Shown: positions 25,400 to 39,700, numbered from the stretch's first letter. The stretch: DNA of 64,000 nucleotides from Takakia lepidozioides (GCA_030704615.1 CM060732.1:81344001-81408000); one strand, 5' to 3'. A program made the numbers and translations. The notes: generated from the sequence alone by a model not told the origin.

Positions 25400-27020
25400 T
25401 AGCGACAAACGGTCTTCCATGTTTGTTTATCCATTTCTAACTTAAACCAAAATCCCCTACCTTAGTATACCTTTATCCTAATAAACCCTTTACCCTAAAA
25501 GATCCTTAAGCATTTATCCATAAACCCTTACTATTCCTTTTGCAAATTGGATTGTACTATCCATACCATAACCAATAATGGACCTTATGGTAATCCAAAA
25601 AAAAAAAAAAATTTATTTTTTTTTATTTTTTTTATTTTTTTTTTTTTTGCGCTATTTTTCTCGTTTGTTTTGGATTCACATGCACTTACCAAGTTTATAT
25701 ACTAGTGTGCTTTATATATATCTTAAGACCAGGTTCCAACGACTTACCCGAAGAAAGCCACCATCCACACGCCCTGACAAATACCAGTGAAGGAGACAAT
25801 CTCGAGACAATTGTGCTGTCTTCCTCTACTGAAGAAGTGGGGGGAGACAATGTAAAGGATAACGCTGATTCTAGAGACATCTTCGATAAGGAGATTTCAG
25901 AAATAGACTCAGGGGTGGGATTCAGGCCTGTGGAGGGGGATATGCTATTACGGATGTCACCATATCAACGAGTTAGAGACATCGTTGATGGTCAGGCATC
26001 TAGGGCATTGGTCGGCGATTAAAATTCTGTTGACGTAAGTATTGCGGATTATGAGCTGTCCTGACACTTGTAAAACCAAATTTACAAACTTGATATAACA
26101 TCATAATCTTTTACCAATGGAACTAATTTAAATATTTGTCCGTCTCAATGACTCTTCCATAATATTTGTTTCTCCATTTTATTTTATTTTTTTAACCATA
26201 ATTATACACACCAAGTTCTAGTGAGTGCGAGTCTTCCATATTTGTTTGTCCATTTATACCTTTATCATCACCCCTAAACCCTTACCCTTCGATTTACCCT
26301 TCCCTTAACCCTTCCATAGGCTTAAGCTGGACCCTTAGTACCCTAAAACCATTACTCTTATCATATACCAAAAACCTTTGCGTACTACCATAAATCCAAA
26401 CCCTTCTACCCTAAATCTAAACCCTAAACCCTTACCCTATCCTTAATCCTTAGCCTAAGCTTAAGCCTGACACTTACTACCCTAAACCATTACTCTTACC
26501 ATATACCAAAAACCAGGTTAGTGTACTATCCTACTTACACTCCAAACCAAGTTATTGTACTACCATGTGTGAGTCTTCCATATTTGTTTCTCCCTTTCTA
26601 CCCTAAATCCAAACCCTAAACCCTTACCCCTCCCTTTACCATTCCCTTAATCCTTATCCTAAGCTTAAGCGTGACCCTTAACACCCTAAACCATTACTCT
26701 TACCATATACCAAAAACCTTAGTGTAGTACCCTACTTAAACTCCAAACCTTAATGTACTACCATGTTACCTCTTGTAAAATTTGTATCATTATCTTTTAA
26801 TGTTTTCTTTAATTTTGTTGGATAACGTATGATAGAATGATTACATGGATATCAAATTCTCCTTACATTTTTACATTCTACGGAGGTGAGTCTTTCATAT
26901 TTGTTTCTCTCTTTCTACCCTAAACCCTTTAAAACCCTAAACCCTTCTCGGAGTCACCACAAACTTGGACCTTATTGCATTAATATATCTAGTTACACCC
27001 CAAACCTTATTTTACTACCC
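25400..27020 (+). repeat. Degenerate telomere-like (CCCTAAA) compound repeats
   Basis: taaaccctaaaccctt tracts and a recurring unit gagtcttccatatttgtttct at ~25411, 26150, 26229, 26570 and 26888. Confidence 0.7.
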
Positions 27021-30000
27021 TAGTAGGTCATATTCCTAATGTTTCAAGCTATTTTAATATTTTACTGCCCTTCTCACACCCAAAACATCATTCCAATGGC
27101 ATTGTCTCTGAATATTGTGCTTGTCAACATGAAGATTCAATCAAAATTACCATCAAGTTATATCGATTATGGTAGAGTATGAGTCTACCCCATGTTCGAT
27201 TCGACACATTTGTTTATCGTGATTACATAATGTAATACTACATCATTCGACTTCCCAGTGGACGTTCAATGAATTGTTCAGTACTGCAACTTCACAAGCA
27301 CTTCAATGTCAAATTGACATCTTATATGTCACATTTTGAAGCAAGTATGACATCACTTGTAATTTCACAAAGTTCAATCACACATTACACCATGATATTA
27401 TTAACATTTGAATTAATTTTAATTCAATTATATATTAAGTTTGGTCCGGATTTCAGCCAAAAGTCCAGAATTAGTTAAAATAGGGTTACAGGGGGAGAAA
27501 TCCGAGCTGCAAAATCGGGAGGAATCTAAAAAGACCCAGATCGCATAGCAAGCAGGAATGCTAAACACAGACAGAAGGAGAGATCAAGAAATAAGAGTTC
27601 AAACACGGGACTGAACGCTAGCATGCTGCCATTGGATAAACATCTAATTGGACAAACATCTAGCTGTCATCCCCAAAGTCAAGCTGGGCTTTAGTCTTGA
27701 AGGAGCTCTACTTCTGGTGCCTCCAGTTGATGTCAGGAGCCTCAGAATCAGCCGGCGATTTGCCAATCCCGGGGGTGGTCGTCATACTAAGTGATTTTGG
27801 AATCAGAGAGCCTGGAGCAGTGTAGGTTGCCCTTAGCCCTGGAGAGGTCGAAATCTGAGAACAATTGGTGCCGTTTTCTTACACTGCACCTGCTGAAAAC
27901 TGAAAGCAAATTTTGAGGTGACTTCCGACGTGACGTTGACGTGTTAGCGTCACGTCTGATCATTTTGTACAACTAGGATTACATTTGTTTGTTTGTTTTT
28001 GTTTTTTTTTTTTCCATTTTTGGTTAACAATCCAATTTTACTCAAAAGAGGAGAAGATAAAAATCCTGAAAAAACCCATATGACATGATAGACATCATTG
28101 AGACGAGAGACAAACCCGTGACAAGAAGGAAAAAGTAGCAAGCAGACCCTCATCAGTAAGCAACCAAGGCCGATAATAATCAAGTCCAAAGATAAGAGAC
28201 GGAGGGAGGAAGGTCGGCGATAATTGACCTAAAAGCCCCACGAAACCAGCATAATGGCTTGATTGTAGTGATCATCGGATGAGAGTATGCCTTATAATCT
28301 ATTCCACTATGTACTATCAACTTTTGTTATCTACTACCATTTTTCTTCATGACCATTTCTCATAAGCTCATAAGATCAAGATAGTTTTGTTGTCATATCT
28401 CTTTCATCTCCATCGGTCCAAAATTCCAATATCCATGGTTGCTTGTGAAAGCGGTTTTGTATAGGACAGGCTCGAGGAGCAGGGAGTTCCCAGAATGAAC
28501 GCCCTACACGAGGTGTAGCCTAGTGCCTAGTCGGATTCCAGGAATGGCCCACTCGGAGCGTGTAAAGTTATAGCCAAAAAAATTATGCCTGGACAACGTA
28601 GATTGAATCTAATAGACGATTCAGATTGGGTCAGATTTGAGGGGGGGACCTGCTATGCTCGAGAATGATTCACTTAAAGAAGGTGATTGATCTATTAGGT
28701 TCAGGATATTGCACCTAAGAGCCACATGGAAATCGTAAGGCACCTCAAGATGATGGACGGGCTGCATTCCCTCAAGACCGAAGGTAGGCACATGTGATAA
28801 CTTGAACTTACACATTGTCGATAGAGATAGTCGTCATAATCTATTTCCTTATTTTGTGTTGTAGTTTGTTGTTCGCCGGTTGGGTCTCCTATGGGCACAT
28901 TTATTTTATCCCTCTCTGTTCCTTTGTCCCATACACTCCTTGACCTTCCTGTGGATGTTAACCTTACGCATAAGGTGCCATGTGTAAACACGTCGCATAA
29001 GGCGCCATTCACATACACTAATTATTTTTTGCTAGGACTTTACAGTACGCAAATATTTATCAAAGATGCTTACAACCGGGCTTGTCTTAATCCTTAAGGG
29101 CCCATGAGACCAGTTTCGGGTTTTGATGAAGTAAAATTTTCTATGTACTTTATGCAGATTTTAATATTTGTAATGGTTCCAATTGCATTTACATTTCTGA
29201 CAACGTGACCCACCTTCTCACATTGAAACTAGTAAATTTACCGAATTCTCGGACATATAGATTTTTTAGAAAATGCAAGCCTCAAGGGTCATGAAATTGG
29301 AGCATGCAAGATGGGCCATGTAGAGTTGACTGTCCACGTGGCGAGACATAATTGGCCCATAGTTGAGCTTACTCGGGTGGCAACTTTTATAAATTTTCCC
29401 CTTGGATATAGAATTGGTTTTGACTAGGCTCACAAGTGCATTCCACACCCTCACTAGAGGTCCAAAGGGATCATTGAGTAAAATATCTCATTATCAACTG
29501 GTCAATGTTTGGAATGGGCTCATTTTTGAATTGACAAGCTATGGAAGTCATTTTGACCCCCCCTCAAACACATACAAAGGACCATAATTTAAAAAAAATG
29601 TTGTTTGGCTTGAAAAATTTCACAATAGCTGGCTAGGATTCCATACAACAATTCTACCGTAGGTTGTTGTCAGATTCAACAGCACAGTGCCGAAATAATT
29701 ATTTTTGGAGGCTTAGTCCATTCGGCACCTCATATTTTATACTCCAGGGTTTCGGCAGTTTAGGATTTTCGCCACCTTCGATACAAGCTTGCGATATGAG
29801 CTCCGCATCTTTAGAGGTTGCACGCGCCTGAGTATGTAATATTTCTGGATTTTTAGACATATCACTTGAGTTAATTAAAAATTTTCAACAACCCAAAATA
29901 AAATTAATTTGTGTCGAATCTGACAGCAACGTAAGGTATGTGGGAGGCAGAAGCAAGAAAAAATCAACCTGCCACTCAAATAGCTTGGTCAAAGCTCAAA

Positions 30001-30147
30001 TTCCATACTTTGCAAAATCCAAAAACAAAAGAAAACCCCTTCTAAAACATTAAATCTCTCTCCGCAATTTGTTGAGTTGATGTACATGGTAGCCGAGATG
30101 ACTATGGTAAGGTTCATTTTTTTGGATGTAACAAGGTAGGTATGTAG

Positions 30148-30906
30148 CAATGTTGAGTAGGTATACAATTTACCCGGATATAACCACCGGGTATATCCGG
30201 GTAAGGTTACCCATACATATCCGGACCAACCGGTTTTGTTTACCCTTACCCGTACCCTTATCAAGGGTACATTTTATGTTTCCCCGGACCTGGACCCATT
30301 TATCGGGCCCTTAGGGTGGGTAAGGTTTTTCTTGCCGGGTAATGGAATCCGGGTAATACTGGCTGACCTATGTTCTTATGCCCATGGCTGCCTACAAATC
30401 CCAAAGCATTAAATAGCACTATGGAGGTACCCGTGCAGTTTCTTAGGCTGCTTCATTGCCTTGCACATGTACCTATATTATATTTTGCTTTTATATTTTT
30501 GGAAATGAAACTTAGTTTTTTAACATTTTATTATGATCAAGTTAAATTTTGCAATATATTTAATTTTAATTTCTTTTGGCTAGAATTTGATTGGTTTATA
30601 TTGGTTATGTTGTCAATTTATCTGAAATCCAAATTGTCATTTATCCTACCCTTATTCTACCTTAACTTAGATTTATCTGGTGGGTATACCAAATTACCCG
30701 GACCCATTAAATAACCTTACCCTTATATTTTGAACTTTGAAGCTACATGGTTATACCATGACCCGGTGGGTGTTCTACCAATGTGCATTATCCGGAACCG
30801 ACCCTTACTTTCCATGTGAAAAATAATAATACCCTTGCGATAAATCTTTACTCAATATTCAGGTTACCCTTACCCTTACCCTGAGGATAATACTTGCTCA
30901 ACACTG
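30148..30906. mobile_element. Non-autonomous hAT element (759 bp)
   Basis: TIRs caatgttgagtaggtat / atacttgctcaacactg, perfect 8-bp TSD GTATGTAG (30140-30147, 30907-30914), many subterminal TACCC/GGGTA motifs. Confidence 0.9.
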
Positions 30907-31249
30907 GTATGTAGCCTCAGTTAACTCACCAGATGTCACTTTTTTGGGGGATAAAATTTGCCCAATGGCCGGCCCTTGGTGGTTAATTCTATGGATGCTT
31001 TAGATGTAACTTAGGCATCTCTCTGATTATGGTCCAGTTTATATATGCTGAAAGCTATGTTCAGGGTCTGGAAGTCTATGAGAAACCACAGACCATTAAA
31101 GTTAGAGTATTGTTGTGAAGTGCTTCAAGTCCCCTTAAGTATGATTTAAGTCTTTTTCAAACCACTGGATTTTAATATTCCTATAAACTCAAGTGTTATT
31201 GATGTAATTAGAAGGGACATGGGAGCCTACGGCATTTCGGTGTTTTTAA

Positions 31250-31496
31250 CTTTTCTTTTTCAAGATGAGAAACATCTGGGAGCGACAGCTCATAAATCAG
31301 GCCCCTTAATTAGAGTGAGAGAAGAAATCCCTCTTTCACCTTAACCAGCTATTAAAACCTCGCCATGAGTCCCCGAGCACAAGGATGCCACCCAAGGGAA
31401 GGGGAAGAACATACAAGACCCATCAGGGAAGCAGGATTTGATCCCAGAATCACCTGGGTGGCCCTCAATGCTCTAGCCTACTAAGCTACTGACTGG
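31250..31496 (-). mobile_element. tRNA-derived SINE
   Basis: A-box TAGCTTAGTAGG and B-box-like GGGATCAAATCC at tRNA spacing, about 180 bp of body, then an A-rich tail. No complete cloverleaf. Confidence 0.5.
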
Positions 31497-31636
31497 TGGT
31501 GTGTTCTCAATGTCTAGTAAAACTGCCAATCACAAAAGAAGATCAGGACGTATATTTCTAGAGGCCTGCTATATATCCAAAGGAATATGGGTCCCCCAAA
31601 AAGAAAGGCGAGGTTATCCTTCAACTTTTACATGAA

Positions 31637-31950
31637 TATCGTACTTGCCCATGCTATTCGTTGGGTCTATGCCGGATAAATTATTTTTTCTTGAAGACAA
31701 GGTCCGGCAGTCTTTTTGGAATTTTTGCAGTTTCCGCAGTTATCAAGGTATGTAATATAAAAGTCTACAATCCACCAGAGTTGGAGAAATATTCTCCAAT
31801 ATATGTCTATTTAGAGTTTTTGTAAAAGTCTACGTGTGGATGTTTTTTAGGGTTTTCATTTCAAGGCATTTTGGCTAATTATTTGCGCCAGGCCTGCTAG
31901 GGCCGGTAGGACTACCGTACCTGCCTACACTGTCCGACGATAACTAAACC
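31637..31950. mobile_element. Diverged copies of the TACCGTA MITE family
   Basis: tatcgtacttgcccatgctattcgtt at 31637 matches the left end at 3933. taccgtacctgcctacactgtccga at 31913 matches the reverse complement of 4201-4225. Confidence 0.55.
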
Positions 31951-32598
31951 ATTCAATTCTTGTTCTTCCTGTGCCCGAATTTCCATACATTCGAACCCCA
32001 AACCCGTTCCCGCGGCACATCAACAACAAGATAGAACAGGTTGCTGAGAAGTGGATGAATGTAGAATGTCTAGGGGGATAGATAAGAAACTCCTCTCTCC
32101 AAGCAACCAAAAAAAGGTGAAAAACTTGCGACTAATAAAAATGTTTGTCACCAAGCAACTGCTAAAAAAGGGTGACTTTTATCAAAAAGTAAAAGATAAA
32201 GATAAAGATTAAAGATACAGATAAAAGATGGATTGGATCATACATCTCAAAGGAACATTTGTTTTTAAGGAAAAATTCTTGGAACAAATTCAATCTCAGG
32301 TAGGAGTTGTCCCGGGGTATTTCCCTTTAAAAAACAATCAGAAAATTTAAAAAAAAAGAGGGGGAAAGAAGGACGATGGATAAGTACTCCATAGTGGGAA
32401 TAATGGATGATAAAAAACCCCATCGTATGGATGGAGAATACACTTCAAACCAACGGACGGATAGATTAGCTCCAAGGATGGACGAAAACCCTCCAAAAGT
32501 AGACGGATGTAGAACCTCGGAAAGGATTATTCCAGGCGGGAATTTCGAAAATAAGAAATAGCAGTAACTAAACTCCAAAAAATAGTCCGAGCGTCCGG

Positions 32599-32775
32599 CA
32601 CGTGTGGAGAGCCCCGCCTTCCTGAGGCGGTTCTCTTCTCCAGATTACACGTCACCCCAGGCCACCGTTGATTGGCTAGTACCCTGGTACGCAGAACTTC
32701 CACGAACGGGGTGGAAGCACGTGGGAAGCGTCCAGTAACAAATATCGCAAAAGTTAACCGACCCGCCTATATAAC
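32599..32775 (+). promoter_or_regulatory. Putative promoter: two G-boxes (CACGTG at 32599 and 32718) and a TATA box (~32769)
   Basis: Motifs lie upstream of a GA-rich leader and the ATG at 33311. Confidence 0.4.
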
Positions 32776-33207
32776 AGGCCACGGCTCCTGCCAACGTCCC
32801 TTCTCGAATTTCTCATGGCAGTCGCGCAGATCGATGAGATTGAGAGAGAGAGATGGCTGAAAATGGAGGCTGATCAGAGCCGAGTTCTTCGATCTGTGTG
32901 TTTACCCAACTGTCTCTAGTGTCTAGTGCAAGTTAGGGTTTGCGGGAGAGTATATAAGTAGACAAACCCAGTGATTTGATTGAGGGAGAGAGACGCGAGA
33001 GAGACCGAGTGGGTAGGGTTCGAGGTTTAGGTTTTTGTGTGAGAGAGAGGGGGAGGAGGAGGTAGATGTGGTGTTGGGCTTTACATGGTTCGCAGTCATA
33101 GTGTTAGAGGATATGGAGATTTGTGGGTATTCGCAAATGCTCGGGTAGTGAGAGTGTGATACAAGGAAACGGACAACGTGTTCGACGCTGTTGAAAGTGG
33201 TACTGTG

Positions 33208-33209
<2 letters not shown>

Positions 33210-33240
<31 letters not shown>
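33210..33240. repeat. (GA)n microsatellite in a probable 5' UTR
   Basis: Direct reading of the sequence. Confidence 0.9.
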
Positions 33241-33242
<2 letters not shown>

Positions 33243-33310
33243 GATAAGCTGTGGGTATTGGGGGCGGTTGAAGTACGCATTGTAGTTTGTGGGCAGCGGT
33301 CGGGGTAGCC

Positions 33311-35457
33311 ATGGCGATCGAGTCCACCAGTCTGCTTACTACCAGACCCGCGCATGCAGATAGTAATAGATTGCTGTTGAAGACGATTCTTCAAACCGTC
33401 CTAGAGCACTGTGGCGAACCGCCATCTGACCAATTAATGGATGATCTGGGACGCTCGTTGGTCATTCAGTTCTCAGTTGACGGGAAACGATTTCAATCAA
33501 GAAAGTACGTACCATCCACACATCCCGTTGTTTGGTGTGCTTGCATGACCATTCTAATGCGGTGATCCTGCCCTAATACCACATGTCTTAGTACAATCTA
33601 GACATTTCTTTGGCTCTCCTTCCTAGTGCGCCTTTCCTTGAGTACTGGCCATATCGTGGTTCATCGTTGAGTTCGGTTGACATCATCGGATGTAGATTAC
33701 CCACTTACTGCTGAGACACACACGGTATTGTACACTTGACGATTGGATTAGAGCTGAACACTGATTCTGCAAGGAAAGTTGATGTCTTTCGATATGTCTA
33801 GATATATGTCTGAATATCCAGCGTCTACAGAAGGTCTGTATATGAAATGCGCGATAAATGTACACCACCTAGGCAGACGAATATCTACATAATAAGGGGT
33901 TTACCAACCTTAGTTTGTAACTATTATCAACAATGTAGGAACGTAGAGTATGGTCTCCGCAGTTTATGCCCCTCATAACCCTATTTACTTCTTTGCTTGA
34001 GGCTGGAAATTGATCAGTAGGTATTCAAATCAAAGAACAGATGTAACTACGCGTCCGTTAAGGTGAAGGTAATAGGCGGAGATTCACATACTCTGAGTTT
34101 GCCAGTACGGATCCTCTAAATCAGCTGTAGGGTATTTAGCCACCAGACCGGAAGTTAGTTATTAATTTTTGTTCTCGATTGGACTCCTGAGCAGTGATGA
34201 ATATCATGTTGTTCAACTTAATACTCTTGTGTCCTGCTAGTTCAAGTTGCTAACGTCAAGGTCTAAGTTAACAAGAAACCAGTCGACGTCGAGCACTTTA
34301 TTCAATGAATCGAAAACGATGGTGGGTCAAACTTGCTTTAATCAGAGCTGTGCCTCTTGAGATCAGTTTTGAAAGATCTCACTGGTTCAGTTCATTTCTC
34401 TCCTTACACATAGCAAGTAGAAGATTTGATCTACATATCTATTCGTCTGCGGCACCTGAGAGCTGAGAAGTGTGTAGTCTGTAAATTGTCGAATAGGCGA
34501 GTTGAAATCGTGGTGGTCATCGATCATGCTGATTTTGGTTCAAGCGTTGGAAACACAATGACGATGCCCCATCCATGCAGACATTTACATCGGGGGCCAC
34601 TACATTTGACTGTATTTGGGATTTCTTAACTATCGGGTTTCTTGTTGCTCAAGTTGTACTAATCCTAGTAGCACTGAAATGCTGGCCGATTTGAGGAAAA
34701 CTAAGTTGCGTGTTCCAAATTTCTTGACAGTCTGCCGTCGATGGATACGGAACATGTTGGACAGCAAAAGCCCAGGGATTCCCTTATCGATCGAGCACTG
34801 CAAGAAGCTATTGGGGTAGGGTCTGCACCGCCCCATGCCACGACGGATAGAGCGAGTACTCCAGACATCTGCCACAGACGAGCCGAAGGCGAGGGCTTTG
34901 ACGAAGCTGGAAAGTGTCCGCCGAAAGACGATGGCATCGACGTTGAAAATGAAAATACTAGGAAGAAAAACGAAGACAACCTCGATGTTGAGGGTAACGA
35001 ACCAGCGCCAAAAGTTCAGGACTCACGCCGAGAAGATGCGGACGATGCTGCCCTGCTCGTCGCTGGCGCTCTTCTAGAACTGAGTAGTTGCACTGAAGGG
35101 GCAAAAGAGGGGTACAACACCAGTAGCAATGGGTCGACGGATGCGTTTGGTTTGTCAACCAAATCGAGACGGAGGATGACCATGAGTGAACTCAGCGACA
35201 CGACTAGCGAGACTCAAAACCCAACGAGTTTAGGGAAACGAAAGATCGTGAAGAAAAATATGACGGATTTCGAGCTAGATGTGGCCGAACCACGAACTGA
35301 AGATGAGGAAGAAGATGAGCTCCCCGAGCGAGAAACCTCCGTTCTTCCCAGACCCATCAATAAGAAACGATACAGACTCATTGCAGACATCATGGACCAA
35401 ACGAAGGCGAGGGGCGATGAGTTGAAATCAAAGAAACCAAGACGGAGAATCAAGTAG
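33311..35457 (+). CDS. Unknown, probably nuclear protein; exons about 33311-33504 and 34731-35457 (an additional small exon is possible)
   Basis: ATG in good context (gccATGg). Donor aa|gtacgt and acceptor ttgacag| join in frame. AALLVAGALLELS and KKRYRLIADIMDQTK motifs, basic NLS-like C-terminus. Confidence 0.6.
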
Positions 35458-36743
35458 GCGTATTTGAAGATATGGGTGTAAATATTTAGTGGGTTTGTAC
35501 AATTACAAAACTTCTTCCTAATTTGTGAAGTGAGATGATAAGGAGATATGACAATTCGGTGATCAGTGCCTTTTCTGCTTTCACAACTTCGTCACTCTTT
35601 TTTGTAGAGAAGGTTAGTGGACATGATGCGTATGAAGCATGAACATGATGTAGTTTCCTATAGTGTAACATACTTTCGCACTCCAGACTAACACTGCTAG
35701 ACAGAGAAACTGAGTGTAACATGCCTCACATGGCCAACTTTTATTTTCAAACAGTTACATCTACTTGTTGAGAGCACTTGCTAAAAACTCGCATCCTCGT
35801 ATCATATTCTGCCAACACATTATCTTAAAATAAAATTGACGAGGACGAGATGAGTTACTCACAGAGCTGCACAAAAATCCAGAAAATGGATATCTTCACT
35901 AGGGTGATAAGACTTTCAGTACATAAGTTCAATGTCTTCTATGCTAGATGTCATCAAATTCTATTTCCTCACACCCCAGGGGAATAATGAAACAAAGAGT
36001 GCACATAAGCACACCCCAGTGTACTGTCATTGAAAGATGTAAGCACATGGGACTCAAGCGAGATTATTTAAAACCACGTCTAATGTTTGGGATGGCAAAA
36101 ACTACGCCACAGCCCAAGTGTGACTGACATTCTTAACTATGCTGCAATATATCTGCCAATTCCTTGAACAGCAATCCAAGTTACCCTCGGACCATAGGAT
36201 CTCTGAACCGAACAGTTCACTGTATAGCCTGTAGGCTCAACAGAAGGCTCTCAACGTAGAACAAAACACTTAGCCTCATGTCACACATGTCAACCTCTAG
36301 CTACTAAATATCAAAATCCACTACACTCTGACCGCAGTTGTCTTTCCCTGGAAGTTGCTCTTGAATAAGCAAACAAAACCGCCTAAAAGAACATAGTCAA
36401 AGACCAATATATGTGAGAACAACCTCTAGAGCTTGAATAGGATGCCAACACAATCACCATCAACACCCTAGTTTCAGCAGCATTCTTTGAGGTCTCATGA
36501 GAGGCCTGGATCTCATGCCAAATCCTAAATATTGCAGTCCCTGCACAGCTGTTTGACATTGGTCGTGGCCAGATTAGGCAAACCAGCTACCACAGCCAAA
36601 CCTGTGAATGCCAAGTAAATTATTCCGTCTGTTGTTGACACTCATGCATAAGCCCTTCACATGTGTTCAGGCCTCCTATGTCAGGGATCGGCCCCCAACA
36701 GATGCGAGTCTTTCAAAAGCCAGAAAGAAAACCCAGTAACAAC

Positions 36744-39700
36744 TTAGGGGGCCCAAAAAGGTTTGGCGTTTGAGTATGGGGGAGGTGGGGCTAATTGACC
36801 CTTTGATGGTGTCTTTCCAGCCGAGTCCTCCTCCTCTTCTTCTCCATACTCCACAAGCTTCAGCCCTGGTGCTGATGTCCAAAAATACAATTGCGCCCAC
36901 ACGTCATGTTCGTTTAGCATGGAAGACTGTCAGTTTCACAAGAACATGGAGGAAGAGCTGGCTCTCAGCATAAATGTGGGAGGTAGCAACGATTAAGGGA
37001 GAGCTGACATCTGCAATACCCAGAAGTTTGGACAACCAAGAAAACGGACTCAGAAAGAAAAGCCATACTAGCCAATTGCAAGACTAGATCCAGTGAGCTT
37101 TGGGTTCACCTAATGTAATTGACTAATGGCAAATCAGCAAATAGTGGAGCACATATACAATGTGTATCATTCCAGTGATTTAGTTCCAAGAATCATACCA
37201 TCTTTAACAGGTTGGCTGGGCACTGACGGAGCCCTTGGAATTGGCCTAGGTGGAGGAGGTGGCATGCTTTTTGGGGGAGGTGGTGGCATATTTTTTGGCA
37301 GTGGTGAAGGTAAACTGCTGATGCTTTGACCTGCTTCCGACATACGAGATGGTTCATGCAGTTGTACAGATCCTAGGCCCTGACGCATCTGCAGCTACAA
37401 CAAATTACAGCTCAACTTGTCATGCCGATATGGATTTTTGATGAAACCAGATGTAGAGATGTATGCATCATGCTTACCATGATGTATGCCGAGAGTTGCA
37501 AGGTAGAAGTGTTCCTTCACTCAAGCGTCTACCAGTTCCACAAAAACATCAACCACTTCAATGGTTAAGGGGAACATGATCACACCAATGCAAAGGTCAG
37601 GTGAGACAAACAGGAAAGTCAAAACAAATGTCGCAAATAACTGTGCTTCCTCTCTTCCATGGAAGCCCGCTAAACATCTCCACAAGTTCCCTGTGAGACA
37701 TAGAAAGGTGAGTCCACAATGACGGCGCGGCACGAGTCAGCCTCGAATTGGCAGGGCAAGCAAATAATACCTGGCACACGCACCATGCCATGTCAGAAGA
37801 CAAAGAGTGCAAAAACTAATCGTTGTCTCCTTAAGCCTCACAAAGTAGCTGCACTTGTACAGTTGAGCACAGCTATGTAAGAGCAACACATGACGAAGGA
37901 ACAAACAGCAGAAGTGCTCTTTAACAGATGCAATTCTCTTCCCTTGCGACGGTAAATCAACTCTCACATTCCTCAACCAGTCACAAAAAACTGATTCTTT
38001 GGGACAGACAGCGCCATCCCAAGTAAAGGAATAAAGTAAGCAAATGCTGTATCATCACCATCCATGGAGTAGGCCATCCACGACTGGCAACACTGCCCTA
38101 GTACGGGTCCGGTTTGAATTTGACAGAGAGAATAGGAATCAATCTACATTGACACCTCTGAAACAGGCTCTTCCTTATGGATGCTGAATAATAATGATAC
38201 TTACTAGCATAGATAATGTGATGGTTGAGAAAAGGTTGGGAGTGAAAACACTATATGCTGTGGAAGAATCTGGTCGAGAGGGTAAAGGTTACTTAGAAAA
38301 AAGTTGAAATCTGTAATGATACTGTCCTACTACATCCCTGGGTGTCACAAGATATAATATGATGAGGACACCCAGCTATCTAGGAACAGAGGCTTATAAA
38401 TGGATTTTTTGGGACTGTCCCGGTCATAGCATTAGCATCAGCATTATTATACACAGACTAGAGATGGTTTGTATCCCCATTAATCCTTCAAAGTTAACAA
38501 AGATGGTAACACTCAAGTTCACTCCATGAACATATTTTCTTAGATCAACTGATCTACTACATAATTGAACGTGCCAGAACTTTACTCACAACTTAATAGT
38601 ACCATCAACTAAATCAAACATGCCAGATTTAACTTGCAGCTTGTGGATGATGATGCAACACAAAATGCACTCCATCCACTGCTAATCTTGATAATATCAT
38701 TAGAGTTTGTATTAATCTCAAACTTGGCTTTACTTCTCACCTGAGATTCATTCCTTAATGTCGGCTTGACAGCAACTGGAAACTCCTGGAACTTGCGTCT
38801 CTCTTTTGGTGCCGGGTGGTGGGCGTGCTTCTCCAGATGCCGATCAGTCTGGGCAGTGTTGTTAGCAAATCCCCGTGCTTTTGCAGTCAGAGGGGCACTA
38901 ATTGCAGGACCAAATCCTGGCCTTACGGATACAGGAGGAGGTGGCCTTTGCAGCGCCGATGCAACTTGTTGTAGAGGAGTTGCCTGGGGATACACACCAC
39001 CATAACCGCTATAGCTAGTTGCCAGAGCTGGGCGTGGAAGAGAGTGGTTCAGGTGGTTGACTGCACCAGCTACATATGGAGGAACAGTCAATGGTCTGTG
39101 GTTTGCACTCAACCCTTGTTGAGGTTGTCCTGTGAGGGGAGAAGAACATGTTAGTGCCATGGTTGACCTTACAAGAGTACACAGACAGTTTAAAGTCACT
39201 TAATCTTCATGAGGTTTGAGTGAATGAAGCCTTGTTGCTGAATTAACCAACCCTACAACTGTGCAGAACAGCAATTCTACGTGCACTTCCACATAGGAAA
39301 CATGCTCTGACAAGCAGCATCCTAGAATACCTTGTTGAGACAAACCAGGAACAAGTGTGGTCGTAGATGGAGCTGCTGGGAACGATGGCTGAGCAACTGA
39401 ACCACGCGAGGACTCGACTCCAGTGGTTGTAACACCTCCTCGATTCTGCTGCATAGGAGACCTACCCTCCGCCACAGGTGTGAAGTCACCAGTGTTGCTT
39501 GTGTTAGCCCCTGCAGCTGTCTCACCCACTAGATGCCGAGGAGGTGGGACAGCACCATATGCCTTCGTATAGGGCAACCTGCAATGTGCCAATAGGTTAG
39601 ACCTTCAACTAATCAATTCCACCTGCCCGGGTCTAACCACACAACCAAATAAGCATGTACACAAACATACACACATTAGCAGTATCAATTGCTGAAGCAC

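Noticed and set aside
29660-29932. ~20-bp inverted repeat (gttgttgtcagattcaac / gtcgaatctgacagcaac)
   Set aside because: Probably internal to an old repeat; no termini or TSD could be defined.
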